DNA of 64,000 bases from Chitinophagales bacterium (GCA_965216955.1 CBDCGV010000016.1:160715-224714), one strand, 5' to 3'. Shown: positions 1 to 10,622, numbered from the stretch's first letter. Notes: a model not told the origin generated them from the sequence alone. Made by a program: numbers and translations.

Positions 1-47
1 TGTAAGAAAAGCTAATTAAGCTTATTTTACAGTTTTAATGCATTTGA

Positions 48-1805
48 ATGTCAGAAAAAGTTCAATCACCTAAGAAAATAACTTATCAAGCAGCTGTTAT
101 TATATATACAGATTATAAGCTGCTTATAAAAACCTATCTTAAAATTACAGAAGGCGGCAAGGAACGTTTTGAAAAAAGGGCTTTCAATGAATTATTTAAA
201 GATGCTCAAAAACGATACGGACTTTATAGAGGCTTTATTGGAGACACCCTTCAAAAACTGACAGCTTTATTAAATAAGAAAGTTAATAGAACGACTATTT
301 GGAAAGAGATTAATAAAGAATACTCTATGCTGATGAGTCATCGAAAGGATAGACATGTAGCAGAAACTTTCTTCAATTCTTTAACAAGAAAAATTTTCAA
401 TACAAAAGGGTTTAATCCCGAAATCGAATTTTTTGATTTCAGTGACTATTCAAAAGTTGTTCATAACGAACCCAAAGTATACGACACCATCAAAGCAGAT
501 TTCTTTAGTCCGGCCTACATTAAACAAGTGCTTTCCTATTATAACTTTTCTATCCCGTATATCAACATTGAAGAAGATGCAAAAGCCATTTTTGAAAGAA
601 TGGTCAAAGCGATTGTCTTTCAGCAAGAGTCACTTCAGCTAGAAGAGATCAGATTTTTAAAGAATGCATTTTATAGAAACAAAGGTGCATTTATAGTAGG
701 ATACCTCAAAAACAAGAGGTGGACTATGCCTTTTATAATCCCTTTATTAAATGAAGAAAGAGGCATATTTGTAGACACGGTTATTTATGATCCTAACGAA
801 GTAAGTGTAATGTTTAGCTTTACTAGGGCCTCTTTCTTTGCATATACTAGAAAACCTGTTGAATTAATTGATTTTTTGAAGCGAATTATGCCTTTCAAAA
901 ATGTCGGTGAACTATATGATTCAATAGGATATTTTAAGCATGGAAAAACGATGCTTTATCGGGATTTATATAAATACATTCACAACCACGATGATGAATT
1001 TATTATCGCTCCGGGAATTAAAGGAATGGTAATGTCTGTTTTTACATTGAGAAACTACAATTTTGTTTTTAAAATCATTAAAGACACCTTTGACAAACCA
1101 AAAAATATAAGTCGAAAACAAGTTATTGAGAAATACCGACAAGTGGAATACAACGACAGGGTTGGCAGACTCGCCTTTGCACATCTGTTTGAACATCTAG
1201 AATTTGATCGTAAACTTTTTTCAGAAGAATTAATTGACGAATTGAAAAGCGTCGCAAAAGAAACCGTTGTTTTTTCTGAAAACAAGGTACATATAAAACA
1301 TGTCTATTTAGAGAGAAGGATGACTCCTTTAAACATCTACCTAAAAAAAGCCTCTCTAGTAGATCAATGTAGAGCGGTTTTAGATTATGGATATGCTGTT
1401 AAAGAACTTGCTGCTGCCAATATCTTCCCTGGTGATTTGTTACAAAAAAACTTTGGAGTAACTCGACATGGAAGAGTTATCTTTTATGACTATGATGAGA
1501 TTTGCAAAATAACAGAATGTAATTTCAAACGCATTCCTCCACCAAGAGATCATTTTGACGAGTTTTCAAATGAACCACACTTCGCTCCTAATCCTGATGA
1601 TGTATTTCCGGAAGAATTTAAAAAATTCATGGCTCCGAAAGGTCCAACAGAACAACTTTTTATGGAAGAGCATGGAGACCTTTTTGATCCTAAGTATTGG
1701 AGAACCATAAAAAAACGTATAGAAGAAGGTGATATGGTGGAATTTTATGCATATGATGAAAGAAGACGTTTTAAGAAATCGTATACTATTAAAGAAAACC
1801 AATAA
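48..1805 (+). CDS. aceK: bifunctional isocitrate dehydrogenase kinase/phosphatase (AceK)
   Basis: 585 aa, the length expected for AceK. Long blocks match my recollection of E. coli AceK: FIIAPGIKGMVMSVFTL, YNDRVGRLA, VYLERRMTPLNIYL, AAANIFPGDLLQKNFGVTRHGRVIFYDYDEI, NFKRIPPPR, DVFPEEF. Confidence 0.9.
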   Translation: MSEKVQSPKKITYQAAVIIYTDYKLLIKTYLKITEGGKERFEKRAFNELFKDAQKRYGLYRGFIGDTLQKLTALLNKKVNRTTIWKEINKEYSMLMSHRKDRHVAETFFNSLTRKIFNTKGFNPEIEFFDFSDYSKVVHNEPKVYDTIKADFFSPAYIKQVLSYYNFSIPYINIEEDAKAIFERMVKAIVFQQESLQLEEIRFLKNAFYRNKGAFIVGYLKNKRWTMPFIIPLLNEERGIFVDTVIYDPNEVSVMFSFTRASFFAYTRKPVELIDFLKRIMPFKNVGELYDSIGYFKHGKTMLYRDLYKYIHNHDDEFIIAPGIKGMVMSVFTLRNYNFVFKIIKDTFDKPKNISRKQVIEKYRQVEYNDRVGRLAFAHLFEHLEFDRKLFSEELIDELKSVAKETVVFSENKVHIKHVYLERRMTPLNIYLKKASLVDQCRAVLDYGYAVKELAAANIFPGDLLQKNFGVTRHGRVIFYDYDEICKITECNFKRIPPPRDHFDEFSNEPHFAPNPDDVFPEEFKKFMAPKGPTEQLFMEEHGDLFDPKYWRTIKKRIEEGDMVEFYAYDERRRFKKSYTIKENQ

Positions 1806-1811
1806 ATCTGC

Positions 1812-1819
1812 TATCTTTG
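1812..1819 (+). promoter_or_regulatory. candidate Bacteroidota -7 promoter box (TAnnTTTG) upstream of rpsP
   Basis: TATCTTTG lies 72 nt upstream of the rpsP ATG. The same 12-mer TATCTTTGCAGC recurs upstream of rplS. No clear -33 TTTG element was seen. Confidence 0.35.
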
Positions 1820-1890
1820 CAGCCGCAACGTTTACACCCTTCATGTTATTTATAACAAAAAAGGCATAAAAGCGTTAAAACATATTAATT

Positions 1891-2577
1891 ATGGCAGTAC
1901 GTATAAGATTACAAAGACACGGAAAAAAGGGCAAGCCTTTCTATAAGATAGTAGTGGCAGATGCTCGAGCAAAAAGAGATGGTAAATTTATTGAACGTTT
2001 AGGCACCTACAATCCTACTACCATCCCAGCAACCATTGAATTAGATAGAGACAAAGCACTCGATTGGTTATTAAAAGGTGCTCAACCATCTGATACCGCT
2101 AACGCGATCCTAAAGTATAAAGGGGTGTTGTATAAAAAGCATCTTCTAAGAGGTGTTAGTAAAGGGGCCTTTACCGAAGAAGTTGCTGAGCAAAAATTTC
2201 AAGAATGGCTGGCGAACAAAGAAGCTAAAGTTTCTGATCATAAAAATAAGGCTGAAGCTGAAAAAACGGCTAAGATGAAAGCTGCAGTAGAAGCTGGAAA
2301 AGAAAAAGCAGAAGCTAAATTAAAAGCAAAGCAAGAAAAACTTGAAGCGGCTGAAAATGAGGATGTAGCTGCAGAAAATAGTGAAGAGATAGAAGAAAAT
2401 GTAGAAGCACCAGCGCAAGCTGAAGAAAATGTAGCAGAAGCTAATGCTAAAGAAGAAGCACCAGTAACTGCCGAAGCAGAGGAAGCTGCTGAACCAGTTG
2501 CCGAAGCTGACACACAAGAGGAAGCACCGACTAATGAAGGTGAAGAAAAAGCTGAAATTGAGGAAGAAAAGGCTTAA
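1891..2577 (+). CDS. rpsP: 30S ribosomal protein S16 with a long A/E/K-rich C-terminal extension
   Basis: The N-terminus [42 protein letters not shown] is canonical S16. About 140 further residues are low-complexity ([38 protein letters not shown]...). Confidence 0.9.
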   Translation: MAVRIRLQRHGKKGKPFYKIVVADARAKRDGKFIERLGTYNPTTIPATIELDRDKALDWLLKGAQPSDTANAILKYKGVLYKKHLLRGVSKGAFTEEVAEQKFQEWLANKEAKVSDHKNKAEAEKTAKMKAAVEAGKEKAEAKLKAKQEKLEAAENEDVAAENSEEIEENVEAPAQAEENVAEANAKEEAPVTAEAEEAAEPVAEADTQEEAPTNEGEEKAEIEEEKA

Positions 2578-2600
2578 ATAAAGATTATACCTAAAAATAA

Positions 2601-2628
2601 AAATCCTGGCTTATGCCGGGATTTTTTT
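2601..2628 (+). terminator. candidate rho-independent terminator or attenuator after rpsP
   Basis: The stem aaatcctggc / gccgggattt (one G-U pair) has the loop ttat and is followed by a T7 run. It overlaps the TTG that the ORF caller used for rimM. Confidence 0.55.
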
Positions 2629-2641
2629 GTTTAAACCAATA

Positions 2642-3151
2642 ATGTCTAAAATTGTCGAAATAGGAAAAGTAATTAAGACTCATGGATACAAAGGTGCTAT
2701 TAAAATTGCCATAGAGGATCTCTATGTTAAAGATTTTCTAAATGCTCCAGCAATTTTCATGAATAGATATAATGAACCTGAACCCTTTTTTATTAGCACA
2801 ATACATGAAATTGACACCACACAATTTATTATCACATTGGACGATGTTTTAGATAAAGAGACAGCTAAGCCTCTTATAAGTTCTGCAATCCATTTAAGAG
2901 AAAAAGATGTTACTGCTCAATATACAGAAACCACTATAATAGGTTATTCAATGGAAGACAAAAATTTAGGCTCTTTAGGAAAGATCCTAAAAATAAGCAA
3001 CCTCCCTCAACAAGAAATTGCAAGTGTAGAAATGCAAGGAAAAGAAATTTTGATTCCATTACACCCAGACTTCATTATTGATGTGAATGACGAAAAGAAA
3101 AAGGTTTTTGTTAACTTACCCAAAGGATTGATTGATATTTACATCTCATGA
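2642..3151 (+). CDS. rimM: 16S rRNA processing protein RimM
   Basis: The RimM-like N-terminus is [19 protein letters not shown], and the gene sits between rpsP and trmD as expected. I prefer the ATG at 2642 over the TTG at 2627, which lies inside the upstream hairpin T-run. Confidence 0.8.
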   Translation: MSKIVEIGKVIKTHGYKGAIKIAIEDLYVKDFLNAPAIFMNRYNEPEPFFISTIHEIDTTQFIITLDDVLDKETAKPLISSAIHLREKDVTAQYTETTIIGYSMEDKNLGSLGKILKISNLPQQEIASVEMQGKEILIPLHPDFIIDVNDEKKKVFVNLPKGLIDIYIS

Positions 3152-3840
3152 GAATAGATATAATTACTGCTATACCTGAATTATTAAAAGGAGGCCCCTT
3201 AGATCATTCTATTTTAAAACGCGCACAAGACAAAAAGCTTTTACAAGTTGAAATTCATGATTTAAGAACATATACAACTGGCAATTACAAACAGATAGAT
3301 GATTATGCCTATGGTGGTGGTGCAGGTATGGTGCTGATGATAGAGCCTATATTTAAATGTATTGAGCAACTAAAAAATCAGAGAGTATATGATGAGGTAA
3401 TATACCTAAGTCCAGATGGAGCATTGCTTAATCAAAAAACGGCAAATCAATTATCCTTAAAAAAGAACCTTATATTATTATGTGGGCATTATAAAGGAGT
3501 AGACGAAAGAGTACGTGAGCACCTAATCACCAAAGAAATTTCTATTGGCAACTATGTGCTTTCTGGAGGAGAACTAGCAGCAGCAGTGCTGGTGGATAGT
3601 ATCGGCCGGCTTATTCCTGGTGTTTTAAATGATGAGACCTCCGCCCTTTCTGATTCTTTCCAAGATGATTTAATTGCCCCTCCAGTTTATACACGACCAG
3701 CTAATTTTAAAGGATGGGAGGTCCCTGATATCCTATTAAGTGGGCATCAAGCAAAAATAGAAGAGTGGAGAAATGATCAATCTATCAAAAGAACAAACCA
3801 ACGAAGACCTAATCTAGGAGCTCCAAACAAAAAAGGTTGA
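3148..3840 (+). CDS. trmD: tRNA (guanine37-N1)-methyltransferase TrmD
   Basis: [13 protein letters not shown]..., [26 protein letters not shown] and [12 protein letters not shown] are typical TrmD motifs. A 4-nt ATGA overlap with rimM is present. Confidence 0.95.
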   Translation: MRIDIITAIPELLKGGPLDHSILKRAQDKKLLQVEIHDLRTYTTGNYKQIDDYAYGGGAGMVLMIEPIFKCIEQLKNQRVYDEVIYLSPDGALLNQKTANQLSLKKNLILLCGHYKGVDERVREHLITKEISIGNYVLSGGELAAAVLVDSIGRLIPGVLNDETSALSDSFQDDLIAPPVYTRPANFKGWEVPDILLSGHQAKIEEWRNDQSIKRTNQRRPNLGAPNKKG

Positions 3841-3911
3841 ATTACTGTCTCAAATAAAGAAATCTTAATACAGATTGCGACAATGTAAATACTGAATTAC
3901 TAAAAATTACA

Positions 3912-3919
3912 TATCTTTG
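3912..3919 (+). promoter_or_regulatory. candidate Bacteroidota -7 promoter box upstream of rplS
   Basis: TATCTTTG(CAGC) lies 22 nt upstream of the rplS ATG. An ATTG lies about 25 nt further upstream (3884-3887). Confidence 0.35.
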
Positions 3920-3940
3920 CAGCTCGATAATTTTTAAGCA

Positions 3941-4288
3941 ATGGATAAGGTAAGAGAATTAGAATTAGAGTTAATGCCCGATACTAAAGTTCCAGATTTT
4001 AGAGCAGGTGATAACGTGAGTGTACATTATAAAATTATTGAAGGTAGCAAAGAAAGAATTCAGGTATTCAAAGGAGATGTAATTCAAAGAAAAGGTTCTG
4101 GATTAACACAAACCTTTACTGTTCGAAAAATATCAAATGGTGTCGGGGTAGAAAGAATTTTCCCTTTATTTTCTCCTAATATTGCTAAAATTGAAATTAA
4201 TAAACACGGTAAAGTAAGGAGAGCAAGAATATTCTACTTGAGAGAACTAAAAGGTAAAAAAGCAAGAATCAAAGAAAGAAGGAGATAA
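3941..4288 (+). CDS. rplS: 50S ribosomal protein L19
   Basis: 115 aa. [35 protein letters not shown]...[20 protein letters not shown] is canonical L19. Confidence 0.95.
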   Translation: MDKVRELELELMPDTKVPDFRAGDNVSVHYKIIEGSKERIQVFKGDVIQRKGSGLTQTFTVRKISNGVGVERIFPLFSPNIAKIEINKHGKVRRARIFYLRELKGKKARIKERRR

Positions 4289-4321
4289 ACTATATCTCAC
4301 TATAACTATAAATCTATTTCT

Positions 4322-4350
4322 AAGGCCACTTTTTCAAGTGGCCTTTTTTT
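4322..4350 (+). terminator. rho-independent terminator after rplS
   Basis: A perfect 9-bp stem aaggccact / agtggcctt with a 6-nt loop is followed by TTTTT. Confidence 0.75.
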
Positions 4351-4468
4351 ATGCCAATACAATTCCTACCCCCGTTTTATTTGTTAAAAAATCTTATCAA
4401 TCAATTTTTGAAACAATTTTTGCACTACAGGCACCATAACTATATATAATAAGCATCTACAAGGTAGA

Positions 4469-5605
4469 ATGTCAATTAAAACAAATAAAATGAAAAGAAT
4501 AATCACATTAACAATCTGCGCGCTATGTTTTTTTAGTTATTTAAATGTGACCGCGCATGAAAGGTCCAAAGCAAAAATACAAGTTGCACTCTTATTAGAT
4601 ACAAGTAATAGTATGGATGGATTAATTGAACAGGCTAAAGGTAAACTTTGGTCTATTGTCAATGAATTAACCTATTGCAAGAAGTATGGTCATGACCCAA
4701 ATGTAGAAATTGCACTATATGAATATGGTAATGATGGGCTACCAAAATCCGAGAACTGGATTCGAAAAGTAAACGGGTTTACAACTGATTTAGATCTTAT
4801 ATCTGAGAAATTGTTTGCATTAAAAACAAATGGTGGAAGCGAATACTGTGGAGCAGTTATACAAAAATCAGTTAAGCATCTTGGTTGGTCTGATAATAAA
4901 GAAGACTTAAAACTCACATTTATAGCAGGAAACGAAAGTTTTGACCAAGGAGGGATTAATTATACCGAATCATGCAAACAAGCAGATAAAAAAGATATTA
5001 CTATAAATACTATTTTTTGCGGAGATTATAGAACAGGTGTAGAAATGAAATGGCGCGAAGGTGCAATGATTACTGATGGTGAATACATAAACATCGATCA
5101 TAATCAAAAAGTAGCCTATATCGTTACACCCTATGATGATGAAATTTATAAACTAAATGACCTCTTAAACGATACTTATATTGGATATGGCAGCTATGGT
5201 AAGAAAAAGATTGTTATTCAGAGAGAGCAGGATAGAAATGCAAGAAGTTACTCTAAAGCAAATGCTGTAGAAAGAGCCGTAACCAAATCATCTGGAGCTT
5301 ACCAAAATGCAAATTGGGATCTAGTAGATGCTTATGAAGAAGACGCAGAGATCATAGAGGAACTTAAAGATGAACAACTTCCCAAAGAATTACATGGCAA
5401 ATCTGAAAAAGAGATTGAAACCTATGTAAAAAAGAAAAAAGCAGAAAGAGAAGAAATAGAAAATAAAATTCAAGAACTTCAAAAGAAGAGAACATCTTAT
5501 ATCACTAAAAATCAAACAACAAATAAAAACAACAGCTTAGATGATGCTATTATTAAAGCAGTTAAAAAAGAAGCCACAGAAAAAGGATTTTCTTATGAAA
5601 AATAG
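4469..5605 (+). CDS. secreted von Willebrand factor A (vWA) domain protein with a K/E-rich coiled-coil tail
   Basis: A signal-peptide-like N-terminus is present. The MIDAS-like LLLDTSNSMDG is followed by NGGSEYCG and FIAGNESFDQG. The C-terminus is charged (KKKKAEREEIENKIQELQKKR). Confidence 0.65.
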   Translation: MSIKTNKMKRIITLTICALCFFSYLNVTAHERSKAKIQVALLLDTSNSMDGLIEQAKGKLWSIVNELTYCKKYGHDPNVEIALYEYGNDGLPKSENWIRKVNGFTTDLDLISEKLFALKTNGGSEYCGAVIQKSVKHLGWSDNKEDLKLTFIAGNESFDQGGINYTESCKQADKKDITINTIFCGDYRTGVEMKWREGAMITDGEYINIDHNQKVAYIVTPYDDEIYKLNDLLNDTYIGYGSYGKKKIVIQREQDRNARSYSKANAVERAVTKSSGAYQNANWDLVDAYEEDAEIIEELKDEQLPKELHGKSEKEIETYVKKKKAEREEIENKIQELQKKRTSYITKNQTTNKNNSLDDAIIKAVKKEATEKGFSYEK

Positions 5606-5661
5606 AAGTATCTAGGTAAAAGTTAGCATTATATAAATGTATAAAGTAGCAATTCGTCTTG

Positions 5662-5712
5662 CAAACAACTTGTCAGTTTCACAATAGACCTGACAGGTTG
5701 TTTGTTTACTTT
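5662..5712 (+). terminator. candidate rho-independent terminator after the vWA gene
   Basis: A 15-bp stem caaacaacttgtcag / ctgacaggttgtttg (one G-U pair) is followed by a T-rich stretch. Confidence 0.55.
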
Positions 5713-5744
5713 TATAACTTATCTCTCTTAGCTATCTTCGCACC

Positions 5745-6887
5745 ATGAGGTATTTATTATTGGCCATTTTATTTCTTGTAACGACCCATTCTAAAGCACT
5801 CGAATTATCCAGTAACGCGGAGATAAGCTTATTGACCTGTAGCCCGGGTAGTGAAGCCTATACTTCATTTGGACATAGTGCTTTCAGAATTAAAGATGAT
5901 AGTAATTATGTAGACTGGGTGTTCAACTATGGAACTTTTGACTTTGATACAGAGCACTTTATGTGGAAATTTGTTCGTGGCAAACTCATGTACTTTCTGA
6001 ATGTAGAAAAGTTCAATCTCTTTAAAGAGGTCTATAAAAGAGAAGATCGATCCATATATGAACAAATTTTAAATTTAAATCACCCTCAAAAACAAAAATT
6101 AGCCGAATTCTTATTGAATAATGCTCAAAATGAAAATCGATATTATTTGTATGATTTTCTTTTTAATAACTGTTCTTCTATTTTAAGAGATATCGCCCAA
6201 GATGAGTTTAATGCAGCTGTCGTATTTAATAAAAACACCCCTGAAATTACTTTTAGGCAACTACTAGATAATTATATGAGAGATGCTGAGTGGAGCGACT
6301 TTGGGATCGATTTAATGCTTGGCTCTACAGTTGATAAAAAAGCGCATTACGAGGACCGTATGTTTCTCCCTTTCCAACTATACGATGCATTTGATAACGC
6401 AACCATTAATGGACAACCACTGGTAAAAAGCAGAAGTACACTTCTAAAAATGTCTGACAAACCATATAAAGACCCTCTCCCCATTAATCCTGCACCATTA
6501 TTCTGGACGCTGCTGACTTTAGCTCTTTTCCTTAAAATTTATCTGACCAATCCTTTTATAAAAGACTTAATTCCAACAATATTCATTCTTACTTCCGGAC
6601 TTATAGGAATGATATTACTCTTTATGCAGTTTTTTACAGATCATCAATCATGCTATAATAACTTAAATCTACTATGGGCATGGCCAACACATTTGTTTAT
6701 GGCTTTTACTCTATTTATAAAAAACAAGCCTAAATGGGTTGTTAGCTATTGGAAAATAGCAAAAGTTATAATAGTACTCTTACTTATTTTTTGGGGCTTA
6801 AATCCGCAAACCTATCATATTGCCATACTCCCCTATTTATTGATTTGTTTGCTTGGAATCAGTTCTAAAATGCCTGTTTTTAGATAA
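5745..6887 (+). CDS. DUF4105 (Lnb N-terminal-like) domain membrane protein
   Basis: After a signal peptide, ISLLTCSPGSEAYTSFGHSAFRIKD is as I recall for DUF4105. The C-terminal third has multiple hydrophobic helices. Confidence 0.65.
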   Translation: MRYLLLAILFLVTTHSKALELSSNAEISLLTCSPGSEAYTSFGHSAFRIKDDSNYVDWVFNYGTFDFDTEHFMWKFVRGKLMYFLNVEKFNLFKEVYKREDRSIYEQILNLNHPQKQKLAEFLLNNAQNENRYYLYDFLFNNCSSILRDIAQDEFNAAVVFNKNTPEITFRQLLDNYMRDAEWSDFGIDLMLGSTVDKKAHYEDRMFLPFQLYDAFDNATINGQPLVKSRSTLLKMSDKPYKDPLPINPAPLFWTLLTLALFLKIYLTNPFIKDLIPTIFILTSGLIGMILLFMQFFTDHQSCYNNLNLLWAWPTHLFMAFTLFIKNKPKWVVSYWKIAKVIIVLLLIFWGLNPQTYHIAILPYLLICLLGISSKMPVFR

Positions 6888-6900
6888 GTCTCCTTTAGTT

Positions 6901-8064
6901 CTACAAAAATTTTCGAGAGATGACTTCCTTCATAATCTCATTGGTTCCAGCATAAATTTTCTGCACCCTAGAATCTGCAAAGGCTCTTCCTGCTAAATAC
7001 TCCCACATATATCCATAGCCTCCATGTAATTGCATACATTCATCTGCTATTTTCACTTGTACCTCTGTTAGCTTATATTTCATCATAGATGCCATCGCAC
7101 CGTCTAATTGTTTGTTACAATGAAGCTCTAAACATCTATCTGCATAAACCCTAGCCGTTTGAAACTCCGTTATTAACTCAGCAATTTTGAATTTGGTGTT
7201 TTGAAAACGAGCAATAGATTTACCAAACGCTTCTCTCTCCTTTACATATTCAATAGTTGCTTTCAAATTTGCTTCTGCAAGCGCTAAGCCTGTCCATCCT
7301 ACTAACAATCGCTCCTGTGCCAATTCCGTCATCATATAGCCAAACCCCATGCCCTCTTGCCCTAACAAATTTTCTTTAGGCACCTCTACATTATCGAAAA
7401 ATAATTCACATGTGTCTTGTGCATGTAAACCAACTTTCTCAAATGGAAAGCCCTTGGAAAAGCCCTCCATTGTATCATCAATTATAATAAGACTAGTTCC
7501 TTTCGCACCTAAAGAAGGGTTCGTTTTAACTGCAACTACTGCTACATTACTTAGGTATCCATTTGTAATAAAGGTTTTAGATCCATTGACCAAATAGTGA
7601 TCCCCTTTATCAATAGCGGTTGTTTTAATGCCTTGTAAATCACTTCCCGCACCTGGTTCTGTCATTGCAATAGCACCAATGTATTCACCAGCAATCATTT
7701 TAGGCAAATATTTTTGCTTTGTAGCCTCACTACCATAGTGCTGTATATATGGTGTAACAATATCAGAATGTAAAGGATAACCTAATGATGGCCCCATACA
7801 ACCTGTATACCCTAATTCTTCCATAAAAATAGCATCATAGCGAAAATCATCTATCCCTAATCCTCCATATTCTTCAGACACATTCATGCATAGAAAACCA
7901 TTTTCACCCATTGCTTTCCATGATTCCCTTGAAACCATTTTATCCTTTTCCCATTTTGCATTATGGGGTGTAACCTCCTTAGCAAGAAGATCTCTAACTG
8001 ACTGTCTAAAAATTTCATGTTCCTCGGTAAAAACAGTTCTTTCAAATAATCCTTCAATTAACAT
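6901..8064 (-). CDS. acyl-CoA dehydrogenase
   Basis: 387 aa. AMTEPGAGSDL, NGSKTFITNG and YAGTNEIMKEVISR are ACAD family motifs. Confidence 0.9.
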   Translation of the reverse strand: MLIEGLFERTVFTEEHEIFRQSVRDLLAKEVTPHNAKWEKDKMVSRESWKAMGENGFLCMNVSEEYGGLGIDDFRYDAIFMEELGYTGCMGPSLGYPLHSDIVTPYIQHYGSEATKQKYLPKMIAGEYIGAIAMTEPGAGSDLQGIKTTAIDKGDHYLVNGSKTFITNGYLSNVAVVAVKTNPSLGAKGTSLIIIDDTMEGFSKGFPFEKVGLHAQDTCELFFDNVEVPKENLLGQEGMGFGYMMTELAQERLLVGWTGLALAEANLKATIEYVKEREAFGKSIARFQNTKFKIAELITEFQTARVYADRCLELHCNKQLDGAMASMMKYKLTEVQVKIADECMQLHGGYGYMWEYLAGRAFADSRVQKIYAGTNEIMKEVISRKFL

Positions 8065-8294
8065 TTATTGGAATTTAGCTAGTCTTCGCATACGCTTAGA
8101 CGATTAAAATTTAAAATATTTTCAAACGGTTACTATTCACACTTTACCGTCTAAAATTTATATAGTTCAAATATCGCAAAATTTAAGATGTTGTGGTAAT
8201 TACATGAAGATGAAAGAAAGCGATTATCGCTAATTGGGAATTGTTTTAAGCTATGGATAGTTTATTATCTTAGAATGAGTCAAAATTGTAACAT

Positions 8295-8825
8295 ATGAAA
8301 TTAAAAACAGGAAATAAAGCCCCCCAATTTTTAACGACAGATATTTTTGGAAACACAATTAAGTCCGAAGATCTCAGAGGAAAAAAATTGATGCTTTCTT
8401 TTTATAGGTACGCCTCCTGCCCACTTTGTAACTTAAGGGTTAATCAACTCATTCAAAAACATGATAAACTTGCATCTAATGGCTTAAATATTGTTTCTGT
8501 TTTTCAGTCGCCAGTTGAAAGTATTTTAAAATATGTAGGAAAACAAGATGCGCCTTTTCCTATCATTGCAGACCCTACTCATACCTTATACAAATTATAT
8601 GGCGTAAGTGGAAATTGGGCGGCTTTTGCTAGAGCCGGATTAAAACTGGATAAAATGGCCAAAGCAGCAAAACTTGGTTTTATGCCCGGGAAAATGGAGG
8701 GTGATATAAAAATGGTGCCTGCGGACTTTTTAATTGATGAAAAAGGCTTTATCCATACTGCGTATTACGGTAAGGATATTTCAGACCATATAGAAATTAC
8801 AGAGATTGAAAGTTTTCTTAACTGA
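8295..8825 (+). CDS. peroxiredoxin-like (AhpC/TSA/redoxin) family protein
   Basis: KAPQF...DIFGN...DLRGKKLMLSFYRYASCPLCN fits a thioredoxin-fold peroxiredoxin-like CxxC context. Confidence 0.7.
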   Translation: MKLKTGNKAPQFLTTDIFGNTIKSEDLRGKKLMLSFYRYASCPLCNLRVNQLIQKHDKLASNGLNIVSVFQSPVESILKYVGKQDAPFPIIADPTHTLYKLYGVSGNWAAFARAGLKLDKMAKAAKLGFMPGKMEGDIKMVPADFLIDEKGFIHTAYYGKDISDHIEITEIESFLN

Positions 8826-8854
8826 ACAAAATTGATGAACTGTAGTTAATTTTA

Positions 8855-8862
8855 TAACTTTG
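8855..8862 (+). promoter_or_regulatory. candidate Bacteroidota -7 promoter box upstream of ahcY
   Basis: TAACTTTG lies 21 nt before the ahcY ATG. An ATTG lies 24 nt upstream (8831-8834). Confidence 0.35.
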
Positions 8863-8882
8863 CACCACAAAAATTAATAATT

Positions 8883-10202
8883 ATGTCAACAACAGCGGTA
8901 GATAAAAAGCTTCCATATAAGGTTAAAGATATTGCTTTAGCTGATTGGGGTAGAAAAGAGATTGAATTAGCAGAAGCTGAAATGCCAGGGCTTATGGCAC
9001 TTAGAGAAGAATATGGAGATTCGAAACCTTTAAAAGGTGCTAGAATAGCCGGATGTCTTCACATGACTATTCAAACGGCAGTATTAATTGAAACATTAGT
9101 TCATCTGGGAGCGGAAGTTACATGGTCTTCATGTAATATTTTCTCTACACAAGATCATGCTGCCGCTGCTATAGCTGCTGCTGGTATTCCTGTTTATGCA
9201 TGGAAAGGTATGAATGAAGAGGAATTTGATTGGTGTATTGAGCAAACTTTGTTTTTTGGAGAAGACAACCAACCATTAAACATGATTTTGGACGATGGTG
9301 GTGATTTAACCAATATGGTTTTAGATAAATACCCAGAACTTGTAGAAGGTATTAAAGGATTAAGTGAAGAAACTACTACTGGTGTACACAGATTATATGA
9401 AAGAGTTGAAAAGGGAACATTGCCCATTCCTGCAATAAACATCAATGACTCTGTCACCAAATCTAAATTTGACAATAAGTATGGTTGCAAAGAATCATGT
9501 GTCGATGCCATTAGGAGGGCTACTGATGTAATGATGGCGGGTAAAGTTGCTGTTGTAGGAGGATACGGAGATGTAGGAAAAGGTTCTGCTGCTTCTCTAA
9601 GAGGTGCTGGTTGTAGAGTGATTGTAACTGAAATAGATCCAATTTGTGCTTTACAGGCTGCAATGGACGGATTTGAGGTTAAAAAAATGGCTGATGCCGT
9701 AAAAGAAGCTGATATCATTGTTACCGCTACTGGAAATAAAGACATTATTGCTGGAAGGCATTTTGAAACCATGAAAGACAAAGCAATTGTTTGTAATATA
9801 GGTCATTTCGATAATGAAATAGACATGGCATGGTTAAATACAAACCACGGTGATTCAAAAGTTGAGATTAAACCTCAGGTAGATAAATATACCATCAATG
9901 GTAGCGATGTAATTATTTTGGCGGAAGGCAGATTGGTGAATTTAGGGTGCGCTACAGGACATCCTTCTTTTGTTATGTCTAATTCGTTTACCAATCAAAC
10001 ATTAGCGCAGCTAGAACTTTGGAACAATTCCGGAAATTATGAAAACAAAGTATATGTGCTTCCTAAGCATTTAGATGAAAAGGTTGCAAGGTTACACTTA
10101 AAGAAAATAGGTGTTGATTTAGAAGAATTAACGCAGGAACAGGCGGACTACATTAGTGTTCCTGTTGAAGGTCCATTTAAGCCTGACTATTATAGGTATT
10201 AG
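8883..10202 (+). CDS. ahcY: adenosylhomocysteinase
   Basis: 439 aa. [58 protein letters not shown] and [18 protein letters not shown] are canonical. Confidence 0.97.
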   Translation: MSTTAVDKKLPYKVKDIALADWGRKEIELAEAEMPGLMALREEYGDSKPLKGARIAGCLHMTIQTAVLIETLVHLGAEVTWSSCNIFSTQDHAAAAIAAAGIPVYAWKGMNEEEFDWCIEQTLFFGEDNQPLNMILDDGGDLTNMVLDKYPELVEGIKGLSEETTTGVHRLYERVEKGTLPIPAININDSVTKSKFDNKYGCKESCVDAIRRATDVMMAGKVAVVGGYGDVGKGSAASLRGAGCRVIVTEIDPICALQAAMDGFEVKKMADAVKEADIIVTATGNKDIIAGRHFETMKDKAIVCNIGHFDNEIDMAWLNTNHGDSKVEIKPQVDKYTINGSDVIILAEGRLVNLGCATGHPSFVMSNSFTNQTLAQLELWNNSGNYENKVYVLPKHLDEKVARLHLKKIGVDLEELTQEQADYISVPVEGPFKPDYYRY

Positions 10203-10220
10203 AAAATAATACTATCGTTT

Positions 10221-10259
10221 AAAAGCCGCTCTATTTTTTATTGAGCGGCTTTTCTTTTT
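10221..10259 (+). terminator. rho-independent terminator after ahcY
   Basis: An 11-bp perfect stem aaaagccgctc / gagcggctttt is followed by cttttt. Confidence 0.75.
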
Positions 10260-10271
10260 AAATAATAAAAT

Positions 10272-10622
10272 ATGGAGACTTCCTCTTTTGATACATTGGT
10301 TTTTTATGCAGCACATGATGAAAATGACACTCCTGACCAAAAATTTGAATCTCTCCTATTGTACTATTATGATGAAGATGAAAACTTTCTAGGTGTCGAT
10401 ATTGCTCCATATTTAACAGTATTGGATGCACAACAAATGCTTGAAGAAATTCAGCTTCAGTTGAATACAGCCAATGACCTATTCAAAGAAAATATGCTTA
10501 ACAAAATAAAAAATTGGGTTAATCTTATGGTTTCTAAAGGGTATCCCTTTTTTATGTATGAATTGGAACCCAAGCAATTAGCAGGGAAGGCTTACCCTTT
10601 GGCAGCAAATGAGAAATTATAA
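10272..10622 (+). CDS. hypothetical protein (acidic, 116 aa)
   Basis: Only an ORF with local codon usage; no motif recognised. Confidence 0.45.
   Translation: METSSFDTLVFYAAHDENDTPDQKFESLLLYYYDEDENFLGVDIAPYLTVLDAQQMLEEIQLQLNTANDLFKENMLNKIKNWVNLMVSKGYPFFMYELEPKQLAGKAYPLAANEKL

Noticed and set aside
5733-5740. TATCTTCG, 5 nt before the DUF4105 ATG, considered as a -7 box implying a leaderless mRNA
   Set aside because: It deviates from the TAnnTTTG consensus, and its spacing would put the TSS at or inside the start codon. This is too speculative without TSS data.
9194-9781. A 195-aa minus-strand ORF inside ahcY
   Set aside because: It is a shadow ORF opposite a near-perfectly conserved adenosylhomocysteinase gene, and its sequence is low-complexity and Ser/Pro-rich.
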